Assembly (NCBI GenBank): GCA_963765575.1
Contig: CAVXWZ010000011.1
Location: forward strand, 288,001-352,000
Source of the DNA: an uncultured cyanobacterium
GTDB lineage: Bacteria > Cyanobacteriota > Cyanobacteriia > PCC-6307 > Cyanobiaceae
Direction of reading: 5' to 3'
Length of the DNA stretch: 64,000 bases
Position 1 is the stretch's first letter. Each line of letters starts with the position of its first letter. Below are positions 1 through 10,528 of the stretch, piece by piece. Made by a program: the position numbers and the translations under genes. The notes under the pieces are model-generated. The model was not told the origin of the DNA. It saw nothing but the letters and a program-made list of their open reading frames with translations, and ran no database searches.

Positions 1-71
1 AGGGGGTCAACGTGAGCGGCGGTATCGATGCCTGGAGCCAGCACGTGGACCCGGAGGTGCCGCGCTACTGA
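1..71 (+). CDS. 3' end of a rhodanese-like sulfurtransferase (partial)
   Basis: Manual translation GVNVSGGIDAWSQHVDPEVPRY*; GGIDAW is the rhodanese C-terminal signature; TGA at 69-71. Confidence 0.75.
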   Translation, partial: GVNVSGGIDAWSQHVDPEVPRY

Positions 72-96
72 TCCAGCGCGGCGCCCATGGGGCTGC

Positions 97-1308
97 TCAA
101 TAGTCCACGCCGCGCTTGAGATCCACGCCGCGCTCGGCGTAGTGCTTGTGGCACACCATCTCGGAGTGCACCGCAGCCAGGTCGAAGTAGGCGGGGCGGT
201 TCTTGCAGCGGCCCGTGAGGATCACCTCGGTGTCTGCTGGTTTGCGCAGCAGGGTCTGCACGATCGGCTCCACCGGCAGCAGCTCCAGATCCACGGTGGG
301 GTTGATCTCGTCGAGGATCACGGTCTTGTACAGACCGCTGGCAATGGCTGCCCGGGCGATCTCCCAGGCCCGCTCCGCTTCCACGTAGTCGATCGGCAAC
401 TGCTGGCCCCGCCACACGATCGCGTCGCGGCCTGAGCGCAGGTGATCCACCAGGTGGGGATAGCTCTCGCGCAGGGCGGCGATGGCGGCATCCTCGGTGT
501 AGCCGCTACCCCCCTTCAGCCATTGCAGGATCAGCACCCGGTGGCTCTTGTCCTGGCTGATGCCCCGCCCGATCGCCTGCAGGGCCTTGCCCAGGGCGCT
601 GGTGCTCTTGCCCTTGCCCTCACCGGTGTAGATCTCGATGCCCTCCAGCCCCAGCGGCAGCTCGCCGGAGCCGTCGGGTCCGCGCTCGCCCTCGGGCAGG
701 CGGCGCCGGTGACCGCGCATTTCCGAGTGCAGGTCGGCCAGCTGGATGAGCTGGGCGGGTGCCCCCCGGCCGGTGCAGATCACCTCCATCCCCGCCGGCT
801 TGGCGGCCAAGGTGTGGCAGACCTCATCGTCGTCGAGCAGGCCCAGATTGAGCACCGGGTTGAGCTCGTCGAGCACCACCACCGAGTAGAGATCGGAGGC
901 GATCGCCCCCTTGGCGATGTCCCAGCCGCGCTGGGCCTCCTGGCGATCGAATCGGGTGATCGCGTCGGCGCCGAAGAACTCGCCGCGGCCGGTGCGCACC
1001 TGGTCGATCAGGTGGGGGAATCCCTGTTGCAGGGCTTCGATGGCGCCGTCCTCGTCGTAGGCCCGGCCTGGGCCTTTGAGGAAGCGCAGCAACAGCACCC
1101 GGGTGCGCTTCTGCTCGCAGATGCCCAGGCCGATGGTGCGCAGCACCACCCCGAGGGCCGCCTGGCTCTTGCCCTTGCCGTCGCCGTCATAGACGTGCAA
1201 CTGGCCGTGGGAGCGCTCCTCGCTGTGGGCGGCGGTGCGGATGCCGATGCCGCGCCCGGTGCCGCGTTGGGTGCCCCGCTGCGGCGTGCCGGTGCTGCTG
1301 GAGCTCAT
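97..1308 (-). CDS. cobO: cob(I)yrinic acid a,c-diamide adenosyltransferase, tandem two-domain cyanobacterial form
   Basis: Two copies of the Y[D/T]G[D/E]GKGK..AxG P-loop, two xLKG, two LDE.N and TGR motifs; ends RGVDY. Confidence 0.93.
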   Translation of the reverse strand: MSSSSTGTPQRGTQRGTGRGIGIRTAAHSEERSHGQLHVYDGDGKGKSQAALGVVLRTIGLGICEQKRTRVLLLRFLKGPGRAYDEDGAIEALQQGFPHLIDQVRTGRGEFFGADAITRFDRQEAQRGWDIAKGAIASDLYSVVVLDELNPVLNLGLLDDDEVCHTLAAKPAGMEVICTGRGAPAQLIQLADLHSEMRGHRRRLPEGERGPDGSGELPLGLEGIEIYTGEGKGKSTSALGKALQAIGRGISQDKSHRVLILQWLKGGSGYTEDAAIAALRESYPHLVDHLRSGRDAIVWRGQQLPIDYVEAERAWEIARAAIASGLYKTVILDEINPTVDLELLPVEPIVQTLLRKPADTEVILTGRCKNRPAYFDLAAVHSEMVCHKHYAERGVDLKRGVDY

Positions 1309-1390
1309 GGCGCCGCGACGTTGACTTTGATGCTACCCAGCCTCAGCGGCCCAGCTGCCAGGATCACGGAGGCCTCTGCCGGCATCGCCG

Positions 1391-2236
1391 ATGGCCTTCA
1401 CCCTGCTCGAGTCTCTGCCAGACCCGCTGGAGCGGGGTCTGGAGCAGCTGCGTGGCCTCATCGCCCCATTCCCCCAGGTGCTGGTCGCCTACTCCGGGGG
1501 TGTCGACAGTGCCCTGGTGGCGGCCATCGCCGTGGAACAGCGGGGTCCGGCTGCCGAGGCGGTTACCGGGGTGTCTCCGGCCCTGGCCCCCCATCTGCGC
1601 CGGGAGGCCGGGCAACAGGCCCGCTGGCTGGGCATCCGCCATCGCGAGATCCCCACCGCCGAGCTGGCCGATCCGGCCTACGCCAACAACCCCCAGGACC
1701 GCTGCTACGCCTGCAAGCGGGAGCTGCACAGCCTGCTGGCGCCGATCGCCGCCGCCGCCGGCGGGGCGGTGGTGCTCGATGGCGTGAACCGGGACGACCT
1801 GGGGGATCATCGCCCCGGCATCCGGGCGGCCCGGGACCATGGCGTGCGCTCCCCCCTGGCGGAGCTGGGCATCGACAAGGCCGGGGTGCGCCAGCTCTCC
1901 AGGGCCCTGGGCCTGCCCTGGTGGGACAAGCCCGCCCAGCCCTGCCTGGCCTCCCGCTTCCCCTACGGAGAGCCGATCAGCGCTGGCCGACTCGAGCGGG
2001 TGGCGGCGGCCGAGGCCTGGTTGCTGCAGCAGGGCTGGGCGCAGGTGCGGGTGCGCAGTCAGGGGCAGACGGCCCGCATTGAGCTGCCCGCCGCCCAGCT
2101 CAACGGGGCCCTCAGCCGCTGGGCCGACCCCCAGGCGAGGGCAGGCCTGGTCGCGACCTTCCTCGACCTGGGCTTCAGTGCCGTGGCGCTCGATCTCGAG
2201 GGCCTGGTGAGCGGCAAGCTCAACCGCGAGATCTGA
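1391..2236 (+). CDS. larE: LarE-family ATP-dependent sacrificial sulfur transferase (PP-loop)
   Basis: AYSGGVDS PP-loop, RCYACK, DDLGDHRPG, DKPAQPCLASRFPYG. Confidence 0.9.
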   Translation: MAFTLLESLPDPLERGLEQLRGLIAPFPQVLVAYSGGVDSALVAAIAVEQRGPAAEAVTGVSPALAPHLRREAGQQARWLGIRHREIPTAELADPAYANNPQDRCYACKRELHSLLAPIAAAAGGAVVLDGVNRDDLGDHRPGIRAARDHGVRSPLAELGIDKAGVRQLSRALGLPWWDKPAQPCLASRFPYGEPISAGRLERVAAAEAWLLQQGWAQVRVRSQGQTARIELPAAQLNGALSRWADPQARAGLVATFLDLGFSAVALDLEGLVSGKLNREI

Positions 2237-2273
2237 GCGGCCCCTGGCCCCTGGCCGCGGGCTCGACCGGGAC

Positions 2274-2768
2274 TCAGGCGGCCAGGGCAGGCAGCCGCGC
2301 CGCGGCTTGGCAGTCGTCCGGCAGCCGCTCGGTGCCGGCGATGGCGGCGGGGGTTTCGCGGCGAAAACTGGTGAGGCGGTGGCGACCGGCGCCGAGTTCG
2401 GCGGCGAGCACGGCACAGGCGCGCTCGGGCATGGTGTGATCACCGCAGGTGAACACATCCACGGCGGCATAGCCGGACTCGGGCCAGGTGTGGATGGAGA
2501 TGTGGGATTCGGCCAGCAGGGCCAGACCGGTGACGCCCTGGGGCTGGAAACGGTGGGTGATGAGGTTGAGCAGGGTGGCACCGGCCTGGCTGGCGGCGGC
2601 GGTGATGGAGTCCCTGAGGAAAGCCTGGTTGTCGAGCCGACCTGGATCGCAGTCGTAGAGCTCGAGGATGCAGTGTTTCCCAACCGTGTCGCAGGTCGCT
2701 GGGGCCGTGCTGGAAGCGCTGCTCCATCCCGGGTTCGGGTGGAGGCAGGGCAGGCTCTGGGGCATCAA
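2274..2768 (-). CDS. speD: S-adenosylmethionine decarboxylase proenzyme
   Basis: [22 protein letters not shown] pyruvoyl self-cleavage motif, DVFTCG; exact start uncertain. Confidence 0.92.
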   Translation of the reverse strand: MMPQSLPCLHPNPGWSSASSTAPATCDTVGKHCILELYDCDPGRLDNQAFLRDSITAAASQAGATLLNLITHRFQPQGVTGLALLAESHISIHTWPESGYAAVDVFTCGDHTMPERACAVLAAELGAGRHRLTSFRRETPAAIAGTERLPDDCQAAARLPALAA

Positions 2769-2792
2769 TGGCGGGCCGATGGGGCGCTCACC

Positions 2793-3926
2793 TTACGCGC
2801 AGGGTGCCGCTCCTTCAGAACCATCCCCCTGCAGTTGCCCGGCCTGCATCCTCACCACCTGGCAGTGCCGGCGCCAGCCGCCGCCGAAGGACTGCACGTG
2901 GGTGGCGCTCACCAGGCACTGGTGGCTTTCTCCCACGGCCTCCAGCAGCAGCTGCTGGCGCCCCGGATCCAGCTCGGCCAGCACATCATCGAGCAGCAGC
3001 AGCGGCGGTGTGCCCACCACGCTGTGCACCAGCTCCAATTCCGACAGCTTCAGGGCCAGCACCAACGTGCGCTGCTGACCGGCGGATCCATAGCGCCGGG
3101 CGGGCCGGTCGCCCAGCAGCAGCTCCACCTCGTCGCGGTGGGGACCCACCGCGCACTGCCCCAGGCGCAGTTCCTGCGGCCGTTGCGCGCCCAGCTGCTC
3201 CGCCAGGGCCTGCCGCCAGGGCTCTTCGGCTTCTTCGCCCGGCAGGTCGGTGCCGCTGCGATAGCGCAGTCGCAGCAGCTCCCTGCCGCCGCTGAGGCGG
3301 TGTTGCCAGTGGGCCGCCAGGGGCTCCAGGCGCCGCAAGGCCCGATGGCGCCGCCGGTGCAGGCGGGTTCCCACCAGGGCCATCTGCTGGTCGAAGGCAT
3401 CCAGCAGGGGCCCCGGATCGGCCCCGCCCAGACGGCGGCGCAGCAGCTGACTGCGTTGCCGCAACAGCCGCCCGTAGCGGCTGAGCAGTTCGCTGTAGAG
3501 GGGCTCAAGCTGCACCACCACCCGGTCGAGCCACTGGCGACGCAGCGCCGGCTCCCCCCGCACCAGATCCAGATCAAGGGCACTGAAGCTCACGCAGCGC
3601 AGGGACCCCAGCAGCTCGTTCTGCCGCTCCAGGGTCTTGCCGTTGCGACTCGCCTGGCGTCCTCCCTGGCGCCGCAACTCCAGCCGCAGCCGGTCGCCGC
3701 CATCACTGAGGCCGCGCAGCACGGCAGCGGGCTGGCCGTGGCGGATCAGGTCCCGGTCGTTGGCGCTGCGATGGGAGCGCAGGCTGCCCAGCAGCTCCAC
3801 CGCCTCCAGCAGGTTGGATTTGCCTTCGCCATTGGCGCCCACCACCAGCAGCCGTGGGGCATCGAGCTCCAGCGCCAGGCGCTCGATGTTGCGGTATTGG
3901 CTCAGCTCCAGACGGTGCAGCCGGAT
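2793..3926 (-). CDS. recF: DNA replication/repair protein RecF
   Basis: GANGEGKSN Walker [24 protein letters not shown]; frame extends 27 codons above the ORF-track start ([14 protein letters not shown]) to an ATC at 3926-3924. Confidence 0.95.
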   Translation of the reverse strand: MRLHRLELSQYRNIERLALELDAPRLLVVGANGEGKSNLLEAVELLGSLRSHRSANDRDLIRHGQPAAVLRGLSDGGDRLRLELRRQGGRQASRNGKTLERQNELLGSLRCVSFSALDLDLVRGEPALRRQWLDRVVVQLEPLYSELLSRYGRLLRQRSQLLRRRLGGADPGPLLDAFDQQMALVGTRLHRRRHRALRRLEPLAAHWQHRLSGGRELLRLRYRSGTDLPGEEAEEPWRQALAEQLGAQRPQELRLGQCAVGPHRDEVELLLGDRPARRYGSAGQQRTLVLALKLSELELVHSVVGTPPLLLLDDVLAELDPGRQQLLLEAVGESHQCLVSATHVQSFGGGWRRHCQVVRMQAGQLQGDGSEGAAPCA

Positions 3927-3947
3927 GGGTCAGAGGCGGCCAGCGGC

Positions 3948-3953
3948 TAAGCT
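3948..3953 (+). promoter_or_regulatory. candidate -10 element (TAAGCT) for the tRNA-Arg transcript
   Basis: TAnnnT hexamer in a short AT-rich patch, 7 nt before the structured leader. Confidence 0.45.
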
Positions 3954-3960
3954 AATTCCA

Positions 3961-4059
3961 CCGTGAACGGCCACTCCGGTGGGCTCCTGCGGTCTTCCCC
4001 ACGTCAGGAGCTGTTCCCCTGACGACTGGGTCGGGCTCGTTTCCGTCCCGTGTTCACGG
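3961..4059 (+). ncRNA. putative structured RNA leader of tRNA-Arg
   Basis: CCGTGAACG (3961-3969) pairs with TGTTCACGG (4051-4059) and encloses several hairpins. Confidence 0.4.
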
Positions 4060-4131
4060 GCATGTAGCTCAGTTGGATAGAGCGTCAGATTCCGGTTCTG
4101 AAAGTCGGGGGTTCGAGTCCCTCCATGCTCG
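4058..4131 (+). tRNA. trnR: tRNA-Arg(CCG)
   Basis: GGGCATG/CATGCTC acceptor stem, TAGCTCAGTTGGATAGAGC D arm, anticodon loop TTCCGGT, GGTTCGAGTCC T arm; CCA not encoded. Confidence 0.97.
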
Positions 4132-4140
4132 TTGGCTTCG

Positions 4141-4171
4141 TCCCCCCTGCTTCGGCAGGGGGGATTTTTTT
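4141..4171 (+). terminator. intrinsic terminator after tRNA-Arg
   Basis: TCCCCCCTGC-TTCG-GCAGGGGGGA followed by a T run. Confidence 0.9.
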
Positions 4172-4205
4172 GTCGCGTGCACCCGTTCCCGGTCACGGCC
4201 GAGGC

Positions 4206-4661
4206 TCAGAGCTGCAGGCCCATCGCCCGGATCCCGCCGGGATCGAGCACGAAGCCCTGGCGCTTCAGGGCCTCGACGGCCTCGGGAGGGGCCGACAGGG
4301 AAATGCTGCAGCCCGGCAGCTCGCGGCGCAGCTTGGCCAGGGCCCCCTGCACCAGGGCCAGCAACAGCTCCGCCTGGGCCGGGTCGCGGGCATCGGCCCA
4401 CAGATCCCAGAGGTTGGCATTGAGGGCGAGGTCGCTGGTGCAGCGCACGAACCCCACCAGCTGTTCCTCCCGGTTGACGATCCACTGATGCCAGAGGCTG
4501 CACTCGAGCACGCGGCGCCAACGCACCTCGCCGCGGACCCGCTCGCCGCTCTGCTGCAACAGGGTATCCAGGGCCTGGAGATCCGGCAGACCCGCCTCGA
4601 TCAGCCGATAGCCCTCACGCAGGCGTGGGGCCGGTGGATGGTTGCGGAATGGCAGTAACAG
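4206..4661 (-). CDS. GNAT-like N-acetyltransferase (Ycf52-like)
   Basis: LVGFVRCTSDLALNANLWDL and GFVLDPGGIRAM; frame open upstream of the ORF-track TTG (LLLPFRNHPPAPRLREGY), start uncertain. Confidence 0.75.
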   Translation of the reverse strand: MLLPFRNHPPAPRLREGYRLIEAGLPDLQALDTLLQQSGERVRGEVRWRRVLECSLWHQWIVNREEQLVGFVRCTSDLALNANLWDLWADARDPAQAELLLALVQGALAKLRRELPGCSISLSAPPEAVEALKRQGFVLDPGGIRAMGLQL

Positions 4662-4688
4662 GGAACCCAGGGAGACCTCGTGCGGTGA

Positions 4689-7600
4689 TCAGCCGGTGTT
4701 GCGCATGCCTGCGGCGATGCCGTTGATCGTGAGCAGGGCGCCGCGCAGCAGCTCGCTGCGGCTGTAGGCCCGTGCATCCTGGCGGGGCCCGACGGCCTCG
4801 CTCATCGGCGGCTGCCGGCTCTGGTCCCGCAACCGGCGCAGCAGCGCCACCTGCAGGAAGCCCAGGGGCACGATCGTGCGGTTGCGCAGGTCCACCGACA
4901 GTTGCAGGGCGGGGTCACCGTCGAGCAGACGCCGGCGGCCGGTGATCTGCAGCACCAGCTCGCGGGTGAGGCTGAATTCGCCGGCGATGGTGGCGAAGAT
5001 GCGCTCGAAAGACTCCCGGTCCTCGCTGCGGCCCAGGTCCTGGACGTAGTGATGGGCGAGCTCGATGTCCACCTTCGAGAGGGTCATCTCCACCTTGGAC
5101 ATGAGCATGCGGAAGAACGGCCAGCGCTGGTGCAGCAACCGCAGCAGGTCGATCTGTTCCGGATCGCGTTCCAGTTCATCCTGCAGGGCCCTGCCCACGC
5201 CATACCAGCTGGGCAGCAGGAAGCGGCTCTGGGTCCAGCCGAACACCCAGGGGATCGCCCGCAGGCTGGAGAGGTCCTTGGCACCACTCTTGCGGCGCGC
5301 CGGCCGGCTGGAGATCTGCAGCTTGCTGATCTCCTCGATCGGGGTGCACTGCTGGAAGAAGGCCACCAGATCGGGGTTGTCGTGCACCAGCGCCCGGTAG
5401 ACCTCGCGGGAGCGGGTGGCCAGCCGGCCCATCAGCTCGTTCCAGCTGGGCGTGTCATCCACCGGCGTGCTCACCAGGCTGTTCTGGATCACGGCGGTGG
5501 TGACGGTTTCCAGGTTGTAGAGGGCCAGCTCCGGCAGGGAGTATTTGGAGGCCAGCACTTCGCCCTGCTCCGTGATCTTGATGCGGCCGCCGAGGGTGCC
5601 GTTGGGCTGGGCCAGAATCGCCTGGTAGGCCGGCCCGCCGCCGCGGCCCACCGAGCCGCCGCGGCCGTGGAAGATGCGCAACGCCAGCCCGTGGCGGATG
5701 GCCAGGTGTTGCAGGCCGATCTGGGCCTTGTGGATTTCCCAGTTGCTGGAGAGGAAGCCGGAATCCTTGTTGCTGTCGGAGTAGCCGAGCATCACTTCCT
5801 GCAGCGACGGGGTGCCCTCCGCTGCCCCCAGCAGCTGGCGGTACACCGGCTCACGGAACAGCTCCTCCATCACCGCCGGCGCCCGCTGCAGGTCTTCCAC
5901 CGTTTCAAACAGCGGCACCACCATCACGGAGGCGTGCTGGCTCACCGGATCCACCAGCCCCGCCTCCTTGGCCAGCAGCAGCACCTCCAGCAGATCCGAC
6001 ACCGTGTGACTCATCGAGATCACGTAGGTGTGGCAGATGCGGGTGCCGAACTCCTGCTGCAGCCGCTGCAACATGCGGAACACGGCAAAGGTCTGGGCCG
6101 TGGCGTCGCTCCAGCGGACTGAGGTGGGCACCAGGGGGCGCCGGGTCTGCAGCTCGCCGAGCAGCCAGGCCACCCGTTGCTCCTCCTCCATGGCGCCATA
6201 GGACACCGGCAGCTGCAGGTAGCGGCTGAGTTCGTCGATGGCGTCGCTGTGGCGGGTGCTCTCCTGGCGGATGTCCAGGCTGGCCAGGCAGAAGGCGAAG
6301 ATCTGCACCTGGCTGATCAGGTGCTGCAGCGCCTCACAGCTCAGGCCCGTGCTCTCCAGGCTCTCGAGCACCAGCTCGAGATCGTTGCGGAATTCCTCCA
6401 CCGAGCCGTAGTGCAGATCCGGCGCCGGCGTGGTGTTGCTGAGGTTGCCCCCCGGCAGGGGCACGTTGGCGATGGTGTCGCAGGGGGATTCCCAGCCGGC
6501 CTCGGCGAGCACCTGATTGCGGGCCTTGGTGAGGCGCAGGCGCTCCAGCACGTAGCTGAGTTTGAGGCGGTAGGGCTCCAGCCGGTAGCGGGCCGCCCGC
6601 TCCTCATAGATCTCCGGGAAGCGCAGCCGGTCCATCTCCAGGGATTCCAGCAGCGCCGGACTGACCTGGCTCCACTGCATGGAGATGCTGAGCTGATCGC
6701 GCAGCTCGCCCACCGAGCGGAAGTAGCGCTCCAGCATCAGCTGGCGCTGGTAGCAGGCGGTGCGCCAGGTGATTTCCGGTGTCACCGAAGGGTTGCCGTC
6801 CCGGTCAGATCCCACCCAGGAGCCAAAGGTGCAGAAGGCTTCGCGCGGCACCTCCACGTCGGGGTAACTCTGGGCCAGGGCTGAGCGGATCCGCTGCCGC
6901 AGCAGGGGCATGGCGTCGAAGAGCACATCCTGGAAGTAGTGCAGGGCGTAGTCGACCTCGTCGAGCACCGTGGGCTTGAACTGATGCAGTTCGTCGGTGC
7001 GCCACCAGAGGCGGATCTCCTCCTCGAGTTGGAGGCGCAGGTTGTGCAGTTCCAGGGGGTTGATGAGTCCGGCCCCCTGCTCCAGCTTCTGGATCAGGGC
7101 CGCCACCCGCCGCTGCTTGTGGCGCACCGTGTGGCGCACGATTTCGGTGGGGTGGGCGGTGAAGACCAGCCGCAGGTCGAGGTCGCGCAGCAGGGTCTCG
7201 AGCTGGGCCGGCGGCACGTTGAGGCTGCGCAGCCGAGCGAAGAGCTGGCGGAAGGTGACCGGCTCGGTCTGGCTCGCCAGGGGGGGCAGGAAGGGGTCGC
7301 TGGCGCTCGGCTCGGCCTGGCTCTTGAGGCTGTCGAGGTAGGTGTCCTCTTCGATGTGCTGCTCAAGGATGTTGACCAGCTGGAAGTAGAGGGAGAAGGC
7401 GCGGGCCGCGGCGATTGCCTCGGCCAGATCCATCTCGCGGATCAGCTCCACGAAGGCGGCGCTGTTGTCGGCCCCGTCGCCGGCCTGGCTGTGTTCGCTG
7501 AGCTGCTTCAGGCGCAGCAGCCGCTCGGCCTGCTCCGGCGGACATTCACTGCGCAGCACCGTCTGCCAGAGGTCTTCAACGAGCTCCATGCGCTCGCCCA

Positions 7601-7691
7601 GCAGGCGTGTGGCCCGGGGGGAGGGTTGGGCAATGGTGGGCACGAACTGCCGCATGGGAACCGGGGTGGCAGTACGGGGGCGATCGATCAT
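4689..7691 (-). CDS. ppc: phosphoenolpyruvate carboxylase
   Basis: [53 protein letters not shown]-terminal MRNTG; ATG at 7691 overlaps the gshA TGA. Confidence 0.98.
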   Translation of the reverse strand: MIDRPRTATPVPMRQFVPTIAQPSPRATRLLGERMELVEDLWQTVLRSECPPEQAERLLRLKQLSEHSQAGDGADNSAAFVELIREMDLAEAIAAARAFSLYFQLVNILEQHIEEDTYLDSLKSQAEPSASDPFLPPLASQTEPVTFRQLFARLRSLNVPPAQLETLLRDLDLRLVFTAHPTEIVRHTVRHKQRRVAALIQKLEQGAGLINPLELHNLRLQLEEEIRLWWRTDELHQFKPTVLDEVDYALHYFQDVLFDAMPLLRQRIRSALAQSYPDVEVPREAFCTFGSWVGSDRDGNPSVTPEITWRTACYQRQLMLERYFRSVGELRDQLSISMQWSQVSPALLESLEMDRLRFPEIYEERAARYRLEPYRLKLSYVLERLRLTKARNQVLAEAGWESPCDTIANVPLPGGNLSNTTPAPDLHYGSVEEFRNDLELVLESLESTGLSCEALQHLISQVQIFAFCLASLDIRQESTRHSDAIDELSRYLQLPVSYGAMEEEQRVAWLLGELQTRRPLVPTSVRWSDATAQTFAVFRMLQRLQQEFGTRICHTYVISMSHTVSDLLEVLLLAKEAGLVDPVSQHASVMVVPLFETVEDLQRAPAVMEELFREPVYRQLLGAAEGTPSLQEVMLGYSDSNKDSGFLSSNWEIHKAQIGLQHLAIRHGLALRIFHGRGGSVGRGGGPAYQAILAQPNGTLGGRIKITEQGEVLASKYSLPELALYNLETVTTAVIQNSLVSTPVDDTPSWNELMGRLATRSREVYRALVHDNPDLVAFFQQCTPIEEISKLQISSRPARRKSGAKDLSSLRAIPWVFGWTQSRFLLPSWYGVGRALQDELERDPEQIDLLRLLHQRWPFFRMLMSKVEMTLSKVDIELAHHYVQDLGRSEDRESFERIFATIAGEFSLTRELVLQITGRRRLLDGDPALQLSVDLRNRTIVPLGFLQVALLRRLRDQSRQPPMSEAVGPRQDARAYSRSELLRGALLTINGIAAGMRNTG

Positions 7692-8890
7692 CCCAAAACA
7701 CCGGCCTGTCGGTCTGTGTGGTCGGTGGCCGCGGCACGGATGGCCTCCCCATCCTCCAGCAGCCGCTCCTGCACCGCCATCGCTTCGGCCTCCGCGCCGA
7801 GGATGGTGGCGATCGAGGCGCCGGAGCGGTGCTGCTCCAACCAGCGCATGGCCTGATTGCCTTGCTCCAGCACCCGCTCCAGGGGGGCCAGCAGGGCCCC
7901 GAGCTGCTCCCTGGCGGCGAGGGGTCTGAGCTCCTCCAGTCCAGCTTCGATCCACTGGCTGCAGCGGATCGGCCGACCGTCCCGCCAGTGGTGCAGGCCT
8001 GCCTCAAGGCTGGCGCGGGCACTGGCCCGTTCGTTGGCATCGGCCAGCCGGGCCAGTTCCTCCGCGCTCAGGGAGCTGGCCCGCAGCGGATCCCAGCGCT
8101 CCGGCGCCTCCAGCAGCTGCAGCAGGCGCAGTTCGCAGAAGGCGGTGATCGCCAGCAACAACTCGGGGTCGCTGACCAGATCGCAGATGCGGATCTCCAG
8201 CCTGTTGAGGTCGTGGGGGCGGTCGTCGCCGTTGGGGCGCACCGATGTCCACAGGTGCCGCACGTTCTGCATCTGTCCGGCGGCCAGTTGCTCCTGCATC
8301 CAGTCCACGTAATGCCGGTGATCCGCGAACAGCGGCACCTCGGCCGGGGTGAGCGGGAACTGCAGCCAGCGCTGGGAATGGGCCCCGGTGACCCGCCCAT
8401 CGAGGAAGGGGGAACTGGCGCTGAGCGCCAGCAGCAGGGCCGCTTCGCAGCGCAGCACGCGCAGGCCCGCGAAGAGGGTCTCCAGACCCTCAAAGGAGGT
8501 GCCAGCGGTGAGGCCCAGATTGATGTGCACGCTGGCGGTGACCACCCGGGTGCCATAGGTGGCCTCGATGTAGGCGTGATACGGGTGCTGGGGATCGGAC
8601 CGCTCGAAGCGGGAGCTGTCGCCGAGGCTGAGGGTGCTGCCTGGGAGCAGCGTCAGTCCCCGCGCCTGCAGCCAGGGCCGCAATCTGCGGCGTGGTTCCA
8701 GCAGCAGCTCCAGCTGGCGGCCGTAGTCGGCCTCCGGAGGCGTGATGTATTCGAGGTTGCGGTGGTCGGGCTCGATCACGAACCCCTCCAGGGCCGCCAC
8801 CACCTCGGGGCTGCAACCCACCACCGTGCCATCGCCACGGCCGGTGAACAGTTCCACCTCGAAGCCCTTCAGCAGGCGGCGGCTGGCCAT
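7688..8890 (-). CDS. gshA: glutamate--cysteine ligase, cyanobacterial type
   Basis: [51 protein letters not shown]. Confidence 0.92.
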   Translation of the reverse strand: MASRRLLKGFEVELFTGRGDGTVVGCSPEVVAALEGFVIEPDHRNLEYITPPEADYGRQLELLLEPRRRLRPWLQARGLTLLPGSTLSLGDSSRFERSDPQHPYHAYIEATYGTRVVTASVHINLGLTAGTSFEGLETLFAGLRVLRCEAALLLALSASSPFLDGRVTGAHSQRWLQFPLTPAEVPLFADHRHYVDWMQEQLAAGQMQNVRHLWTSVRPNGDDRPHDLNRLEIRICDLVSDPELLLAITAFCELRLLQLLEAPERWDPLRASSLSAEELARLADANERASARASLEAGLHHWRDGRPIRCSQWIEAGLEELRPLAAREQLGALLAPLERVLEQGNQAMRWLEQHRSGASIATILGAEAEAMAVQERLLEDGEAIRAAATDHTDRQAGVLG

Positions 8891-8901
8891 GGGATTCGGC
8901 G

Positions 8902-10446
8902 TCACTGCAGGCATGCCAGGGCCTTGAGCATGCCCCGGGCCTTGTTGAGGGTTTCCTGGTACTCGGCCTCCGGCCTGGAGTCGGCCACCACGCCGGCACC
9001 GGCCTGCACCTGCACCCGCCAGCCGCCCCGCTCGGCGGGCAGCACCACCATCGTGCGGATGGTGATGGCCGTGTTCAGGGCCCCGGCCAGGTCCACGGCG
9101 CCGTACACCCCCGCGTAGGGCCCGCGGGCATCGGGCTCGAGCTCGTGGATCAGTTGCATCGCCCGGATCTTCGGTGCCCCGCTCACCGTGCCGGCGGGGA
9201 AGGCCGCCATCAGCAGGTCCCACACGCTCCTGCCGGCGGCCAGCACCCCCTCCACCTGGCTGACGATGTGCATCACGTGGGAGTAGCGCTCGATCACCAT
9301 CAGCTCGGTGACCTGCACACTGCCCGGCCGGCAGACCCGGCCCAGGTCGTTGCGGCCCAGATCCACGAGCATCACATGCTCGGCCCGTTCCTTGGGGTCG
9401 GCCAGCAGCTCCTGCTCCAGGGCCCGATCCTCCGCTTCGTCAGCGCCCCGGGGCCGGGTGCCGGCGATCGGCCGCAGGGAGGCCTTGACCTGGTCGCTGC
9501 CGGGGATCGGTTCCGCCTTCACCATCACCTCGGGGCTGGAGCCGATCAGGTACCAGCCGCCGAAGTTGAAAAAGGCCATGTAGGGCGATGGGTTGACCAT
9601 CCGCAGGCTGCGGTAGATCTCGAAGGGATCACGCTCGATGTGGGTTTCCAGGCGCTGGCTGAGCACCAGCTGGAACACATCACCCGCGGCGATGTGGTCG
9701 CGGGCCTGCACCACTGCAGCCTCGTAATCCTCCTGGCGGCGGTTGCTCAGCGGCCGCAGCCGCGCGGCGATGGCCGCTGGGGTGGCGTCGTCCCACCGCA
9801 GCGGTGCCACCCCCGCAGGCAGCGGCTGATGCATGCGGGCCTCGAGTTGGCGGATGCGCTCGCTGGCGGCGGCGTGGGCGGTCTGAGGATCGGCGCCGCG
9901 GCTGAGGTCGGCATAGGCCACTGCCGTGATCTGGCGCTTCACCTGATCGAACACGAGCAGGCTGTCGGCCAGCATCCAGCAGCCGTCCGGGGGCGCGGCG
10001 GCGGCGGAGTCTGCGTCTGCGGGATGGACGGGCACGCTGGGTTCGATCCAGCGGATCAGCTCGTAGCCCCAGAATCCAAACACTTGCCCCACCGGCGGCA
10101 GCCCTGGCACCGCCGTGCTGCTCAGCGGTTCCAGGCAGGCCGGCAACAGCTCCAGGGGATTGCCGCTGAGGAGCTCGCGCCGGCCATCGCGCCACAGCCG
10201 TTCGCTGCTCTCACCGCGACTGGTGAGGGTCCAGAGCGGATCGCTGACCACAAAGCTCCAGCGGCCGATGCGCTCGCCGCCTTCCACCGACTCCAGCAGC
10301 ACGCCATGGTCGTGGCCCGCGCCCACCTTCAACCAGGTGGTCAGAGGGGTTTCCAGATCCGCAGGCCAGCGTTTCCAGAGCGGGATGAAGGTGCGACCGG
10401 CTGCCACCTGATCGCGGAAGGCCTGGTCCAGGACTCCGGGTTCCAC
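8902..10446 (-). CDS. trpE: anthranilate synthase component I
   Basis: ADLETPL, LLESVEGGE, NPSPYM, PIAGTRPRG, EHVMLVDLGRND, GTVSGAPKIRAM; probable GTG start at 10446. Confidence 0.95.
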   Translation of the reverse strand: MEPGVLDQAFRDQVAAGRTFIPLWKRWPADLETPLTTWLKVGAGHDHGVLLESVEGGERIGRWSFVVSDPLWTLTSRGESSERLWRDGRRELLSGNPLELLPACLEPLSSTAVPGLPPVGQVFGFWGYELIRWIEPSVPVHPADADSAAAAPPDGCWMLADSLLVFDQVKRQITAVAYADLSRGADPQTAHAAASERIRQLEARMHQPLPAGVAPLRWDDATPAAIAARLRPLSNRRQEDYEAAVVQARDHIAAGDVFQLVLSQRLETHIERDPFEIYRSLRMVNPSPYMAFFNFGGWYLIGSSPEVMVKAEPIPGSDQVKASLRPIAGTRPRGADEAEDRALEQELLADPKERAEHVMLVDLGRNDLGRVCRPGSVQVTELMVIERYSHVMHIVSQVEGVLAAGRSVWDLLMAAFPAGTVSGAPKIRAMQLIHELEPDARGPYAGVYGAVDLAGALNTAITIRTMVVLPAERGGWRVQVQAGAGVVADSRPEAEYQETLNKARGMLKALACLQ

Positions 10447-10528
10447 GGTCGGCGCTGCGGGCTCTGCCGTTATAGGCGGCCCCAGCCTGGCCCCCCTGCC
10501 GCCAGGGGTTGGCACGGGGCCAGCGGCC

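Noticed and set aside
97..1308. Internally duplicated CobO as a novelty
   Set aside because: The two-domain form is already known in cyanobacteria
4206..4691. ppc stop read-through making a PEPC-GNAT fusion (same frame)
   Set aside because: Frame match has a 1-in-3 chance, and PEPC requires its free C-terminal RNTG
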